DNA from: an uncultured bacterium
GTDB lineage: Bacteria > Omnitrophota > Omnitrophia > Omnitrophales > Aquincolibacteriaceae
NCBI GenBank assembly: GCA_964434115.1
Contig: CAYSSX010000004.1
Span: forward strand, 17,684-81,683
DNA: 64,000 bases
Direction: 5' to 3'
Numbering within the stretch: position 1 is the stretch's first letter; each line of letters starts with the position of its first letter. Below, one piece after another: positions 36,918 through 47,581 of this stretch. Position numbers and translations under genes: made by a program. The notes under the pieces are model-generated. The model saw only the letters and a program-made list of their open reading frames with translations, was not told where the DNA came from and did no database searches.

Positions 36918-37379
36918 TCATTTCTTCCCAATGCCGGCTGAGTCAAGCACAGCCTCTTGAATGCGGAACATCCTGCGGCGGCGGGCCGGGGTATGGTCTT
37001 CAAAGCCCGCAAAATGCAAAAGGCCATGGCAGATGTAAAAACACAGTTCGTACCAGAACGTATGGCCCTGATGGCGGGCTTCCCTTTTTGCGGTTTCAGC
37101 TGAAATCACCAGATCGCCCAGAAATGGAACACCCTTCAAAACCGGAGCGGGACCCTCCCCTTCAAAATGGCAGAAGGAAATAACATCCGTCGGCGTGTCC
37201 TCGCCAAGGTAGGCTTTGTGTATGGGACGAATCCCGGCATCATCCGTCAAAAGCAGGCTGAGCGAGGAGGGGGGCCATCCCATGGCCTTGAGAATAGCCC
37301 GGGTATCCCGCCGGAGTTTTTCTGGGGAAACATTGCGGACCTGCGGGTGAATTTGGACTTCAACCTGATGGGATCCCAT
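36918..37379 (-). CDS. ybeY: Endoribonuclease YbeY (rRNA maturation factor).
   Basis: Zn-binding motif HGLLHFAGFEDH and DVISF. Start taken at ATG 37379 (MGSHQVEVQIHP), 8 nt after the stop of the upstream 7TM-HD gene. The longest ORF, from 37526, would overlap that gene. Confidence 0.8.
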   Translation of the reverse strand: MGSHQVEVQIHPQVRNVSPEKLRRDTRAILKAMGWPPSSLSLLLTDDAGIRPIHKAYLGEDTPTDVISFCHFEGEGPAPVLKGVPFLGDLVISAETAKREARHQGHTFWYELCFYICHGLLHFAGFEDHTPARRRRMFRIQEAVLDSAGIGKK

Positions 37380-37386
37380 GCCGAGC

Positions 37387-39615
37387 TTAGTGGAACTTCT
37401 GAAATTGCGCGGTTTTGAAAAGATCCGGTTTATCCGCTGCTTCGGGTTTTTCCGGATAGCTGACTCGGGTGTGAAAAATAGCCATAAGATCATGAACAAA
37501 ACTTTCCTGAATTTTAAAAAGATCACGAAGCGTCAGGTCGCACTCGTCAAGCTGGCCGTCGATAAATTTATCATTAATGATTTTCCTGACAAGGGTCCGG
37601 ATACTTTCAGGTGTTGGTTCTTTCAAGGACCGGGAAGCCGCTTCCACAGAGTCGGAAAGAAGCGCAACCGCGGTTTCCTTACTCTGCGGCTTGGGGCCGG
37701 GATAACGGAAGTCATCCGGGTTGACCGTTTCACCGGGAGCGGCCTGATCCACGGCCCTGCGGTAAAAATAATACACAACCCCCGTCCCCTGATGCTCAGG
37801 AATAAACCGGAGCACGCTTTCCTTCAGTTTGTATTTCTTGCCGAGCTCGAGCCCTTCCTTGACATGATTGATAATCACAAGACTGCTCATCGTCGGGGTC
37901 AGTTTTTCATGCTTGCTTAAGTGCTTCAGAGACTGGTTCTCGGTAAAAAATTCCGACCGGGCAATTTTTCCGATATCGTGAAAATAACAGCCCACGCGAG
38001 CGAGCAAGGAATTGGCCCGGATGGCCTCGCAGGCCCCTTCCGCAAGACGGCTCACCACAAGGCTGTGATGATAGGTCCCCGGCGCCTCAATAATCATCCG
38101 TTTTAAAAGCGGATGATTGAGGTCAGACAACTCCAAAAGGGTGATGTCCGTAGCCAGATTAAACACCGCTTCAAAAACCGCAAGCAAAAGGAACAGGCAC
38201 GGCATGGTGATTAAGAAACCGTTCACAAACCCATACGCACTGATCTGCAGAGCCTCCATAGGCGCGTGGTCCTGATAAAGATGAAAGGCAAAAATAACAA
38301 TGGCCTGGGCAAGCCCGACCGCTCCGCCTACCCTGAGAAACTCCACCCGCTTGCGGACTTTCAAGGCCGAGAAGGCCCCCACCATCCCTGAAAAAAGAAC
38401 GGACAAGATAATATCCGGAGCAAATTCCGCGGCCGGGGCAGCCAGCATCGTCATCGTCAAGGCCGAAACGGCTCCGAGGCGCGGGTTAATAAGGAAGACC
38501 ATTAAAAGCGGCGCAAGCGATGCGGGGATGAAATAGGGGGAAGCGCCAGGCCAGACCCGGATCACTTTACAAAGCACTATCGTCACAAGAAAAATGGTCA
38601 GAATCAGAATATTCATTCTGAAAGAAAGCAGGATTTTCTTTTCAAAGATGAAAAGGTAGGCATAGAAAAAAGCGTACGCCAGAAGCACCAGAAGCGTGAT
38701 GGCGGAAAGTTTTTGAAGGATTTCCCGTTCCGTGCTTTTTTTCTGAACCTGATCAATGATGCGCTTCGCCTCGGGAGTCACCAGCATACCGCGTTGAATG
38801 ACAAGCTCATCACGCTTGAGAGTCTCTTCGGCCGGCGGAACAGCCGCGGCAGCGGCATTTTTTCTTAACTGCGTTTCATTCTCATCGTAGACAAGGTTGA
38901 CTTTAACCAAAGCGCCATAAACTTCCAAAAAGGCGTTCCGCAGGGTTTTCTTGCGCGCGATGGGATCCGGCAGAAGAACCGGTGTTTTTTCGAGAATTTC
39001 GGAAAGCGACGGCACGTTATCAACAAGCCGTACTTTCTCCTCTTTAAGATCTTTTTTGAAAACGCTGACTTTGTCGCGGCGCGTCTCCAAAAGCTCCCGC
39101 TTTTCCCGGGGATCCAGCACTCCGGCTGAAAAAGTCTGATTCAGAAGAGACAGCAGCGTTTTTTGAATTTCGTCCAGGGAAGACTCGGCCAAAAAGGCCT
39201 TCGCGGAAACTTCCGAAAGTTCAAAAGGAAATTCCGCCTTGGGTTCCTGCGGCGCGGCCGATTGAATATTTTTTAAGGTCTCAAGAAGCTTGTCGACCTC
39301 AAGGGCGGCATGTTTTTCCACATCCCGCTGAAACACATAAACGGGAGGGACTGCTTGAGCGGCGTTTTTCCTGGCCTCTGCTGTTTTGGCTTCGTTGACA
39401 AACGTGATCGTAAGGGGTGAAAAGTAGGTTCTGGGGGCAGGTTCACCAAGGGTGAAACTGTGTTTTCCGATCACCGGCTCGAAATCAAAAAAAAGAATTC
39501 CGGAGGTAAAAAGCCCCGCGCAGGCGAAAAGGGCTATCCGCCAAACCCAGACAAGCGGATCCGCCGTTTTTTTAAGGGGAACGGAGCGATGGGGTTTGGG
39601 AGAATTTTTTCTCAT
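37387..39615 (-). CDS. 7TM receptor with intracellular HD hydrolase (YqfF-like).
   Basis: 742 aa. N-terminal extracytoplasmic domain, about 7 TM helices (aa ~300-470), and a C-terminal HD domain with HHSLVVSRLAE...GCYFHDIGK. Confidence 0.8.
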   Translation of the reverse strand: MRKNSPKPHRSVPLKKTADPLVWVWRIALFACAGLFTSGILFFDFEPVIGKHSFTLGEPAPRTYFSPLTITFVNEAKTAEARKNAAQAVPPVYVFQRDVEKHAALEVDKLLETLKNIQSAAPQEPKAEFPFELSEVSAKAFLAESSLDEIQKTLLSLLNQTFSAGVLDPREKRELLETRRDKVSVFKKDLKEEKVRLVDNVPSLSEILEKTPVLLPDPIARKKTLRNAFLEVYGALVKVNLVYDENETQLRKNAAAAAVPPAEETLKRDELVIQRGMLVTPEAKRIIDQVQKKSTEREILQKLSAITLLVLLAYAFFYAYLFIFEKKILLSFRMNILILTIFLVTIVLCKVIRVWPGASPYFIPASLAPLLMVFLINPRLGAVSALTMTMLAAPAAEFAPDIILSVLFSGMVGAFSALKVRKRVEFLRVGGAVGLAQAIVIFAFHLYQDHAPMEALQISAYGFVNGFLITMPCLFLLLAVFEAVFNLATDITLLELSDLNHPLLKRMIIEAPGTYHHSLVVSRLAEGACEAIRANSLLARVGCYFHDIGKIARSEFFTENQSLKHLSKHEKLTPTMSSLVIINHVKEGLELGKKYKLKESVLRFIPEHQGTGVVYYFYRRAVDQAAPGETVNPDDFRYPGPKPQSKETAVALLSDSVEAASRSLKEPTPESIRTLVRKIINDKFIDGQLDECDLTLRDLFKIQESFVHDLMAIFHTRVSYPEKPEAADKPDLFKTAQFQKFH

Positions 39616-39621
39616 GCGGTT

Positions 39622-40569
39622 TTAAGCTTTTCCGCTCTCGTACCTTTCGTAGGCAAGAATGATTTCCTGCACCAGCGGATGACGAACCACATCGGTGTGG
39701 GTCAAGTAGACAAAACCAACGCCCGGAATGCCCGACAGAATTTTCTGAATCTCAACAAGACCGGATTTTTTTCCGCCCGGAAGATCGATCTGCGTAACGT
39801 CACCCGTAACAATCGTTTTCGAAAACTGGCCGAGACGCGTCAAAAACATCTTCATCTGGGCATGCGTGCAGTTCTGGCCTTCGTCGAGAATGACAAACGC
39901 ATCACTCAAAGTCCGGCCGCGCATGTAGGCGAGCGGTGCCACTTCGATAATCCCCCGCTCCAGACACTTTGCGGCTTCTTCATAGTCCATCATGTCATAC
40001 AACGCATCATAAAGCGGGCGAAGGTAGGGATTCACCTTTTCCTGCAGGTCTCCAGGCAGAAACCCGAGGCTTTCACCTGCTTCTACAGCAGGCCTGGTTA
40101 AAATAATACGGGCCACCTGTTTTTTCTTGAGCGCGTCAATCGCCGCAGCCATGGCGAGATAAGTTTTCCCTGTACCCGCGGGGCCGATACTCACCACAAT
40201 GTCATTGGCAGCAATAGTCTCCAGATACACGGCCTGATTCTTGGTCTTTGGATGAATCGATTTGCCGCGGTGGAAAAAACTGCCGGGGTGATGATCCCCT
40301 TGATAACCCGAGGCTTCGGAAGAACGGGAGGTCTCACGGCTTGACCTGCGCGCGGGACCTTCGGGTTTCTTTCTTATGTCCGCAAGCTGTTTGGTAAAAA
40401 ACCGGAAAGCGGCCTCAACATCTTTTTTAACGCCAATAATTTTGAGCCTGTGATTGCGGGCGGAAACCCGTACATGAAATTCTTTTTCAGCATGACGGAG
40501 CGTTTCATCAAGAGTCCCGTAAAGAGCAATCGCTTCTTCATTTGAATTGAGTTTCAGGTTTTTTTCCAA
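39622..40569 (-). CDS. phoH: PhoH-like ATPase (YbeZ).
   Basis: 315 aa. Walker [10 protein letters not shown] and a conserved PhoH core ([35 protein letters not shown]). Lies in the conserved phoH / 7TM-HD / ybeY neighbourhood. Confidence 0.85.
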   Translation of the reverse strand: MEKNLKLNSNEEAIALYGTLDETLRHAEKEFHVRVSARNHRLKIIGVKKDVEAAFRFFTKQLADIRKKPEGPARRSSRETSRSSEASGYQGDHHPGSFFHRGKSIHPKTKNQAVYLETIAANDIVVSIGPAGTGKTYLAMAAAIDALKKKQVARIILTRPAVEAGESLGFLPGDLQEKVNPYLRPLYDALYDMMDYEEAAKCLERGIIEVAPLAYMRGRTLSDAFVILDEGQNCTHAQMKMFLTRLGQFSKTIVTGDVTQIDLPGGKKSGLVEIQKILSGIPGVGFVYLTHTDVVRHPLVQEIILAYERYESGKA

Positions 40570-40579
40570 AACATCTCCT

Positions 40580-42343
40580 TTAGCTCTTGATCATAATGCC
40601 AAGTTCCCGGAGCTGGTTAACTGACACCTCGCCCGGCGCCTCGGTCATGAGGCAGGTTCCCTTTTGGGTCTTCGGAAAAGCAATCACTTCACGAATGGAA
40701 TCGCGTTTAAGCAGAATGGCCACGAAGCGGTCCAGCCCCATCGCGAGGCCGCCATGAGGGGGTGCCCCATAAGTAAGCGCCTTCAGGAGAAAACCAAATT
40801 TCTGTTCGGCATCTTCCTTGGTAAGTCCCAGGAGGCCGAAGAGTCTTTCCTGAACGTCCTGACGGTGAATACGGATACTGCCTCCGCCGATTTCTGTCCC
40901 GTTCAGCACAAGGTCATAGGCGCGGGCCTTCACTTTGAGCGGGTCTTTTTCAAGAATCTCAAGATCTTCAAGCCTTGGCGACGTGAAAGGATGATGCATG
41001 GCCTGATAGCGTTTATTTTCCGGGTCCCATTCCACAAGAGGAAAATTTTTCACCCACAAAATTTCAAATTTGTTTTCGTCAATGAACCCGTACTGCGCCG
41101 CAAGATGACAGCGTAAGGCCCCGAGAGCAACCGCTGAAACATGCGGGTCGCTTGCAACCATAAAAATAATATTCCCCGGCTTCGCCTGCAGGACATCGAG
41201 AATCTTTTTAACCCGGTCCGCATCAAAAAATTTGGCAATCGGCGCTTCTACCTGGCCTCCGGGAAGAACCTTTAACCAGGCCAATCCCTTGGCCCCGTAG
41301 GTTTTGATCCACTCGGTCAAATCATCAAAGGTTTTCCGGGAAAATTCCACGCCTGCGGGAACTGGGAAACAAATCCCCCGGATTTTTCCACCCTGCTCAA
41401 TCACCGAATCGAAAACCTTAAAACCGCTCCCCTTAAAGACCCCGCTCAAATCGTGGAGTTCCAAACCAAAGCGAAGATCCGGTTTATCAGAACCATAACG
41501 GTTCATAGCATCGTCGTAATCCATGGCGCGGAAGGGGCGGGGCAGTTTCAGGCCCTTGACCTTCTCCACCACGTCCGCGACCATGCCTTCGACAAGCTGC
41601 ATCACATCCTCTTCATCCACAAAAGACATTTCCAGGTCAATCTGGGTATGCTCCGGCTGACGGTCACTGCGAAGGTCTTCATCGCGGAAACAGCGGGCAA
41701 ACTGAAAATAGCGGTCGTAGCCCGCGACCATCAGAAGCTGCTTGAAAAGCTGAGGCGACTGCGGAAGCGCGTAAAACGTCCCTTGATTCAGGCGTGAGGG
41801 AACAAGAAAATCGCGCGCGCCTTCCGGCGTGCTCTTGGTCAGGTACGGGGTCTCGATTTCAAGAAACTCCTGTTTGTCGAGGTAATCCCGGGCAATCTTG
41901 CTGACGCGGTAGCGGAGCGTCAAGGCCTCGACCATTTGCTGGCGGCGCAGGTCCAGGAAACGGTATTTCAAACGCAGCTCTTCATTCACTGAAAGCTCGC
42001 CAAGTTCAAAAGGGGGCGTAGGACAGGCGTTCAGGACTTCGAGATGATCCGCGACCACTTCGATTTCGCCGGTGGGAATTTTTTTATTTTCTGTGCCTTG
42101 CGGGCGCTTGCCGACTTTGCCCCGGACCTGGACCACGAATTCCGTGCGCAGGCTTTCCGCAAGCTTATGAACCGAGGCGCTGTGATCGGAGTTAAAAACG
42201 ACCTGGGTTACGCCCCAGCGGTCGCGAAGATCAATAAAAAGCAAATGCCCGTGATCGCGGCGGGTATCCACCCACCCCACCAAGGTCACTTCCCTGTCTA
42301 CAGAATGGCTGGTCAGCTGTCCGCAATTCGAAGTCCGCATCAT
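40580..42343 (-). CDS. aspS: Aspartyl-tRNA synthetase.
   Basis: 587 aa. N-terminal anticodon-binding OB fold and class II motifs (FRDEDLRADRQPE-like, [12 protein letters not shown]). Typical bacterial AspRS length. Confidence 0.9.
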   Translation of the reverse strand: MMRTSNCGQLTSHSVDREVTLVGWVDTRRDHGHLLFIDLRDRWGVTQVVFNSDHSASVHKLAESLRTEFVVQVRGKVGKRPQGTENKKIPTGEIEVVADHLEVLNACPTPPFELGELSVNEELRLKYRFLDLRRQQMVEALTLRYRVSKIARDYLDKQEFLEIETPYLTKSTPEGARDFLVPSRLNQGTFYALPQSPQLFKQLLMVAGYDRYFQFARCFRDEDLRSDRQPEHTQIDLEMSFVDEEDVMQLVEGMVADVVEKVKGLKLPRPFRAMDYDDAMNRYGSDKPDLRFGLELHDLSGVFKGSGFKVFDSVIEQGGKIRGICFPVPAGVEFSRKTFDDLTEWIKTYGAKGLAWLKVLPGGQVEAPIAKFFDADRVKKILDVLQAKPGNIIFMVASDPHVSAVALGALRCHLAAQYGFIDENKFEILWVKNFPLVEWDPENKRYQAMHHPFTSPRLEDLEILEKDPLKVKARAYDLVLNGTEIGGGSIRIHRQDVQERLFGLLGLTKEDAEQKFGFLLKALTYGAPPHGGLAMGLDRFVAILLKRDSIREVIAFPKTQKGTCLMTEAPGEVSVNQLRELGIMIKS

Positions 42344-43650
42344 ACGATTTTTTTTCCTTGTTTAGTCATCAGATAATTAAGAAGTTCGCCAAATTGAATC
42401 GTGTCTTCCGTGTGTGAATCCATGTTCTTTAATTTCCACTGTTTGCTTTTCATTTCATCCTCGCCCGCGATCAACGCATAACGGACGCCGGCTTTGCTGG
42501 CCTTTTTGAGGTGATCCCCCAGCTTCAAAGAAGGCTTAGCCACTTCCGCCAAAAATCCGAACTGCCGGAGACTTCGCGCGGTCTCCTCCACCTGAGCCGA
42601 AGCCCGGTGCAGGGAATCCTCACAAAGGGGAATCATATAAATACTGTTTTCCTTCATTTGCCCGGAGATGCTCGGGGTATTTTTTTCGAGCACCATTAAA
42701 AGCCTCTCCACTCCAAGACTGAAACCGGTGCAGGGAACACTGGAGCTGCCTATCTGCTCATAAAGGTTGTCATAGCGGCCGCCGCCGGCAAGGGCATCCT
42801 GCGCCCCCAGCGACGCGGAGGCAACCTCAAACACAACACCGGTGTAGTAATCCAGCCCGCGGACAAGCTTGGGTTCAACCTCCACCGGAACTCCTGACTC
42901 GGTAAGTTTCCGGCAAAGATTCAGAAAGTAATCACTGGGAGGCGCTACATCTTTCCAAGGCAGAGCATCCACAAGGGCACGGGTTTGAGGAATTTTACTG
43001 TCAAAAATCCGCAGCACGTTCTTATCAAGGCGGTAAAGAGAATCGGGATCCAGCTGGGTCTTGTGAGATTCAAAGTAATCGCGGATGCGTGCTTTGACCT
43101 TGCCGCCCTCAACTCCATTAATCAGGCTTAGATCATTGAGGCGAAATTTAAGATTTTTGATTTCGAGAAACTCAAGGAGATCACGAAGAACCTGAATCAT
43201 GACCCAGTCGCCCCCCGGGCCTCCTTGGGAGTCATGCGCAGGGACATTGACCAGCTCGGCGCCGATCTGGTGAAACTGGCGCTTGCGGCCTGCCTGGGGC
43301 CTTTCCGCACGGAACATAGGGCCCATGTAATACAAAGCAAGGGACGGCGCTGTTTTCAGAAGTCCATGCTCAGCTACGGCCCGGGCGACGGATGCCGTCA
43401 TCTCGGGACGCATGGTCATGAGGCGTTCGCCCCGGTCCTGAAAGGTGTACATCTCTTTGTGGACAATGTCGGTGGTTTCGCCAATCGCGCGGGTAAAAAG
43501 TTCGGTGGGTTCTAAAATCGGAGTCCGGATTTCGCGAAAACGCTTCACAGAAAAAAGCGTACGGGCCTTTTCTTCAAGCCACTGCCATTTTTCGACCTCG
43601 CCGGGAAGAATATCATCCATCCCCGGAAATGCCTGATATTTAACAGCCAT
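42340..43650 (-). CDS. hisS: Histidyl-tRNA synthetase.
   Basis: 436 aa. Class II motifs (FRAERPQAGRKRQFHQIG, GGGRYDNL) and a C-terminal anticodon-binding domain. 4-nt ATGA overlap with aspS. Confidence 0.9.
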   Translation of the reverse strand: MAVKYQAFPGMDDILPGEVEKWQWLEEKARTLFSVKRFREIRTPILEPTELFTRAIGETTDIVHKEMYTFQDRGERLMTMRPEMTASVARAVAEHGLLKTAPSLALYYMGPMFRAERPQAGRKRQFHQIGAELVNVPAHDSQGGPGGDWVMIQVLRDLLEFLEIKNLKFRLNDLSLINGVEGGKVKARIRDYFESHKTQLDPDSLYRLDKNVLRIFDSKIPQTRALVDALPWKDVAPPSDYFLNLCRKLTESGVPVEVEPKLVRGLDYYTGVVFEVASASLGAQDALAGGGRYDNLYEQIGSSSVPCTGFSLGVERLLMVLEKNTPSISGQMKENSIYMIPLCEDSLHRASAQVEETARSLRQFGFLAEVAKPSLKLGDHLKKASKAGVRYALIAGEDEMKSKQWKLKNMDSHTEDTIQFGELLNYLMTKQGKKIV

Positions 43651-43759
43651 CCAAAAATCCTTTGGTTAAAAACGGGAGATCATACCACAGGCCCCCACCC
43701 CCCGCAATAACGGGATAGGCACAAAAAACACCAGAAACAGTTTGGGAGTCAGGAGTTAA

Positions 43760-43795
43760 AAAGAGAAAACCGCAACCAGGCAGAATCCTGGCCGG
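43760..43795 (-). terminator. Possible weak intrinsic terminator after rpsU.
   Basis: Minus-strand reading gives CCAGG-attctg-CCTGG followed by TTGCGGTTTTCTCTTTTT. Confidence 0.3.
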
Positions 43796-43842
43796 AGAGG
43801 AACAATTTGCAGATTTCAGTGAAAAGAGGAAAAGCGAAACGC

Positions 43843-44016
43843 TTAGAACTTTCTTTTCTTGGAAGTGCGCTGCTTGCGGCGTCTTTTTTCGCTGGGCTTC
43901 TCGTAATGCTTGCGGGCTTTGAGAACCTTCAGAATGCCCTCACGCTCAATTTTCTTCTTGAGCTTTTTCAGCGCTTTTTCGAGAGGTTCATTATCAGTAA
44001 TCTGGACTTTTAACAC
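43843..44016 (-). CDS. rpsU: 30S ribosomal protein S21.
   Basis: Minus-strand translation from GTG 44016 gives VLKVQITDNEPLEKALKKLKKKIEREGILKVLKARKHYEKPSEKRRRKQRTSKKRKF (57 aa), a classic S21. It is absent from the ORF track because of the 60-aa cutoff. The plus-strand ORF at 43807-44013 is its antisense shadow. Confidence 0.85.
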   Translation of the reverse strand: MLKVQITDNEPLEKALKKLKKKIEREGILKVLKARKHYEKPSEKRRRKQRTSKKRKF

Positions 44017-44152
44017 GCGTTTCAGACCTTTCTTTGCAAGTTATCAGTGGGGTTAAAGTTGGGCTATTATATAGGAATCTTTTCCGAGGTCAAGCCGGCG
44101 TTCAAGACACTTTCCGTTTACCCGGAAGCCGCGAGGGGTTAGAATACCCTCC

Positions 44153-44851
44153 ATGAACCCAGCCTTCGAGGCCCTGATCCGCCTCTTTTATCCATCCCAT
44201 TGCGGTTTATGCAACGCTTTCCTGGAGATTCAGCAAAGCACCCTCTGCCTGGATTGTGCCGTCAAGCTTGAGGAAAAGCGTTTTGATCCCCTGGACGCGC
44301 TTTTGGATCCCAAGCTCTACAGCGAGGCCTCTTGGGATGAAGCCTGGACCCTTTTTCCTTACGAATCCCCTGTAAAAGACTTGCTGACCTCAGCCAAGTT
44401 TTCAGCAAAACCCAGGCTTATGAAGGCTTTTCAAGCGTATCTCAGAAATCTGGGCCTGGTTATTCTAGCGGAAGGAACTTATGACTGCGTAGTTCCGGTG
44501 CCTCAGGGAAGACAGCACTGGGTGGAGAGGCGCTTTAACCCAGCTGAACTGATCGCCCTTTTCATCGCCAACGGAAAAATTCCTGTAGAAACCTCAATTT
44601 TGGCCAAACGGCCGGGAATTTTAGCCCAAAGTTCCCTCACTCGAGAGGAAAGACTTGCAAATCCTTGGGGAGCTTTTAAGATGTTGCGACCCGGCAAGGT
44701 TCAACACCGGTCTATTCTGGTGGTTGATGACATCCTGACCACCGGGGCTACCGCCGGAGAATGCTGCCGTATTCTCAAAGAGGCTGGGGCCAAAAAGGTG
44801 GGGCTTATCACCCTGGCCCGGACCGTGGCCGCAAAGACCCCGACAAAGTAA
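44153..44851 (+). CDS. comF: ComF family protein (phosphoribosyltransferase-like competence protein).
   Basis: 232 aa. N-terminal Cys pairs (CGLC...CLDC). C-terminal PRTase motif ILVVDDILTTGATAGE. Confidence 0.8.
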   Translation: MNPAFEALIRLFYPSHCGLCNAFLEIQQSTLCLDCAVKLEEKRFDPLDALLDPKLYSEASWDEAWTLFPYESPVKDLLTSAKFSAKPRLMKAFQAYLRNLGLVILAEGTYDCVVPVPQGRQHWVERRFNPAELIALFIANGKIPVETSILAKRPGILAQSSLTREERLANPWGAFKMLRPGKVQHRSILVVDDILTTGATAGECCRILKEAGAKKVGLITLARTVAAKTPTK

Positions 44852-44860
44852 AGGAAGAAA

Positions 44861-45958
44861 ATGAAAGTTCTTGACCGCTATGTCACGCGCGAATTGCTCA
44901 TGCCGGTGATTTTCTGCGCACTGACGCTTGTTTTCCTCGTCCTGATTGCGGACCTTTTTAATAACATCGATGACCTGCTTAACCACAAGCTTCCGTTCAA
45001 AGTTATTGCTCAGTATTACCTCTCCCTAACGCCCTACGCTTTCAGCCAAACCATTGCCTGGGCCACGTGGCTCGGAACGGTCTTTCTTCTCGTAAGCTTC
45101 GGCCTGAACAACGAAACGCAAGCCATGAAGGCCGCCGGCCTCAAAATTTCAGCCATTATGCGCCCGGTTCTTTTCTTGGGATTCCTTATCGGGATTCTCG
45201 TTTTTATCGTCAATGACCGCATTCTTCCTCAAAGTTACCGCATCTCAAGCGAAATCAAGGAAGTTCATATCGACAACAAGAAAAACACCACCGATGCCAA
45301 AAGCTATGAGAACGTCACTTTCTTTTCCGGCGGCTCAAAGCTTTACTATTTCCGGAAATTCCTGCCCGGAACCAATGAAGTCCGGGATGCCGTTATTTTG
45401 TGGATGGATTCCGAGGAAGGTAACTCCCGGCAGAAAATGGTCGCGGAACGGGGGGCATGGAAAGACTCGAAATGGATTTTTGAGAATGTCCTGGAATACC
45501 AGATGGACTCTCAAGGACGAATCCTCGGCGAGCCGAGAACTTATCCTTCCAAAGAATATTTGGAGCTTGAAGTGACGCCGCATGACCTTGTGCTTGCGGC
45601 AACAGAAAGTTCTTTCCTGTCTTACAAAGAACTTAAAAGTACGGTTAAAAAGCTGAAGGACAACGGGGTGAATGTGGATTCCGAGCAGGTGGAACTGCAT
45701 CACCGTCTTGCGTCCCCGTGGGAAGGTCTGGTCATGATGCTCGTCGCCATCCCAGTTCTCGCACGGACGCGTAACCGCAAAGCGATCGCGGGAAGCGTGC
45801 TTTTGTGCGTCGGCCTGGTCTTTACTTACCATGTCACCGAAGCGATCGGCCTTGCCTTGGGGAAGGCCGGAAAAATCTTTCCCTTCCTGAGTGCCTGGGC
45901 CGCCAATATCGTCTTTGCCATCGGCGCCCTTTTCACCCTCGATAAAGCCAACTACTAA
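44861..45958 (+). CDS. LptF/LptG family LPS export permease (YjgP/YjgQ).
   Basis: 365 aa. N-terminus MKVLDRYVTRELLMPVIFCALTLVFLVLIADLFNNIDDLL, three N-terminal TM helices, a periplasmic beta-jellyroll and C-terminal TM helices. Confidence 0.8.
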   Translation: MKVLDRYVTRELLMPVIFCALTLVFLVLIADLFNNIDDLLNHKLPFKVIAQYYLSLTPYAFSQTIAWATWLGTVFLLVSFGLNNETQAMKAAGLKISAIMRPVLFLGFLIGILVFIVNDRILPQSYRISSEIKEVHIDNKKNTTDAKSYENVTFFSGGSKLYYFRKFLPGTNEVRDAVILWMDSEEGNSRQKMVAERGAWKDSKWIFENVLEYQMDSQGRILGEPRTYPSKEYLELEVTPHDLVLAATESSFLSYKELKSTVKKLKDNGVNVDSEQVELHHRLASPWEGLVMMLVAIPVLARTRNRKAIAGSVLLCVGLVFTYHVTEAIGLALGKAGKIFPFLSAWAANIVFAIGALFTLDKANY

Positions 45959-46281
45959 TTCTTTTTTACCGGCCCCGCAGGTTTTTCTTCTTTTTGCCCA
46001 AAAGATATTTTCTTATTCTTTAATTCCGGAGGGGTCGGCATTCCGCCGAGGCTTTGCGAGAGGAGTCTGAATCTTTCTTCGAGTTCTTTGATGCGGGCCT
46101 GTTTTGCAGCGGCCTCAGGGTCTAGGGTGACCGAAGGGGCAGCCTGAGCCGTCTCGGTCTCCGTGACCTGAGAGGACTGAGGAAAGTCACGGCCGGAAGG
46201 AATTTCGGCCCTTGCAGTCCCTGCCATTAGAAACACTCCCAAAAAAGCAGGAAGTAATTTAAATTTTGGTCCCATCTTCAA
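45955..46281 (-). CDS. Hypothetical small secreted protein.
   Basis: 108 aa. Signal peptide MKMGPKFKLLPAFLGVFLMAGTARA. Overlaps the 3' end of glgC by 23 nt. Confidence 0.4.
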   Translation of the reverse strand: MKMGPKFKLLPAFLGVFLMAGTARAEIPSGRDFPQSSQVTETETAQAAPSVTLDPEAAAKQARIKELEERFRLLSQSLGGMPTPPELKNKKISFGQKEEKPAGPVKKN

Positions 46282-47551
46282 TCACGGCACCTTTCGGAAT
46301 AATCACAATCCCGTCACGGATGTGATAATTCTGGCCGTCTTCTTCCTGAACGTTTTTGCGGTTCGTAATCGAAACGTGATTCCCGATCCTGACGTTCTTA
46401 TCAATGATGCAGTTTTGAAGACGGCAGTTCTGGCCGATACCCAGCGCATACTTGCTCTTTCCTTTGCCGTGTTCATAAAAGTCATTCCCCATAATAACGC
46501 TGCGGCGGACGACGCTTCCGCTCCGGATCATGGACCGGACTCCGATCACAGAATCTTCGATATGCGCGCCTTCGATAAAGCTTCCCTCGCCAAGCATAAT
46601 CCGGTCAAGCTGGCCTGAAAAAACACGGGTCGGCGGAAGAAAGCGGGCACGCGTAAAAATGCGTCCTTTGGGTGACATAAAATCAAACAGCGGGTTTCTT
46701 TGAGTCAATTCAATACTGGCCTCAAAGAACGCTCCAATGGTTCCGATATCGCGCCAGTAGTCATCGAAGACATAACCAAAGGCTTTATAACGGTCAATGG
46801 CCTTGGGAATAATCTCTTTCCCAAAATCCGTTTCCTTGCCTTTCAAAAGATCCACCAGGACGGGAGCCCGGAAAACATAAACCCCCATGGACGCCAGGTA
46901 TTGTTCTTTCTTGCCCTTAAGGTTAAACGTTTCGCGGATATTCTGCGGAATAATAAAAGGACTGATTTTGTCATTCATGGAAGGCTTCTCAAGAAAGGTT
47001 TTAACCTTTCCATCCGAACCAATCTGCATGATCCCGAAACCGCTGACTTCTTTTTTGGAAACCGGCACGGTGGAAATCGTGACATCCGCCTTGCGCTCTT
47101 CATGAAAACGGAGAATCTCCGTGTAGTCCATACGGTAAAGATGATCCCCGGACAGAATCAGAACACTGTCGCTGTCCTCAAGATGATAGTGCGGCAGATG
47201 CTTGCGCACCGCGTCCGCGGTCCCTTGAAACCAGTCAAGGCTTGCGGGCGTTTGTTCGGCGGCCAGAAGTTCGATGCTGGTTTCACTAAACGGTTCATAG
47301 GGGTACGTTCTGTGAATGTGCCGGTGAAGCGAAACGGAATTAAACTGCGTGAGCACAAAAATCCTGCGCAGGCCGGAATTAATCGAGTTGGAAATGGGAA
47401 CATCCACGAGGCGGTACTTAGCACCGATCGGTACCGCGGGTTTGGAGCGATAGCCTGTGAGCGGAAAAAGGCGCTTCCCCTGTCCTCCGCCCAAAATAAT
47501 AGTCGTCACACGATTTTTCATAAGGCCTTCCTGCAGGTCTGGGTTCGTCAA
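46259..47551 (-). CDS. glgC: Glucose-1-phosphate adenylyltransferase.
   Basis: 430 aa. TTIILGGGQGKRLFPLTGYRSKPAVPIGAKYRLVDVPISNSINSG is the canonical GlgC N-terminus, with a C-terminal left-handed beta-helix. The start could alternatively be the Met at 47521. Confidence 0.9.
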   Translation of the reverse strand: MTNPDLQEGLMKNRVTTIILGGGQGKRLFPLTGYRSKPAVPIGAKYRLVDVPISNSINSGLRRIFVLTQFNSVSLHRHIHRTYPYEPFSETSIELLAAEQTPASLDWFQGTADAVRKHLPHYHLEDSDSVLILSGDHLYRMDYTEILRFHEERKADVTISTVPVSKKEVSGFGIMQIGSDGKVKTFLEKPSMNDKISPFIIPQNIRETFNLKGKKEQYLASMGVYVFRAPVLVDLLKGKETDFGKEIIPKAIDRYKAFGYVFDDYWRDIGTIGAFFEASIELTQRNPLFDFMSPKGRIFTRARFLPPTRVFSGQLDRIMLGEGSFIEGAHIEDSVIGVRSMIRSGSVVRRSVIMGNDFYEHGKGKSKYALGIGQNCRLQNCIIDKNVRIGNHVSITNRKNVQEEDGQNYHIRDGIVIIPKGAVIEDGTKI

Positions 47552-47581
47552 AACGACGAAACAATTTTAAAAGCCGGGGCT

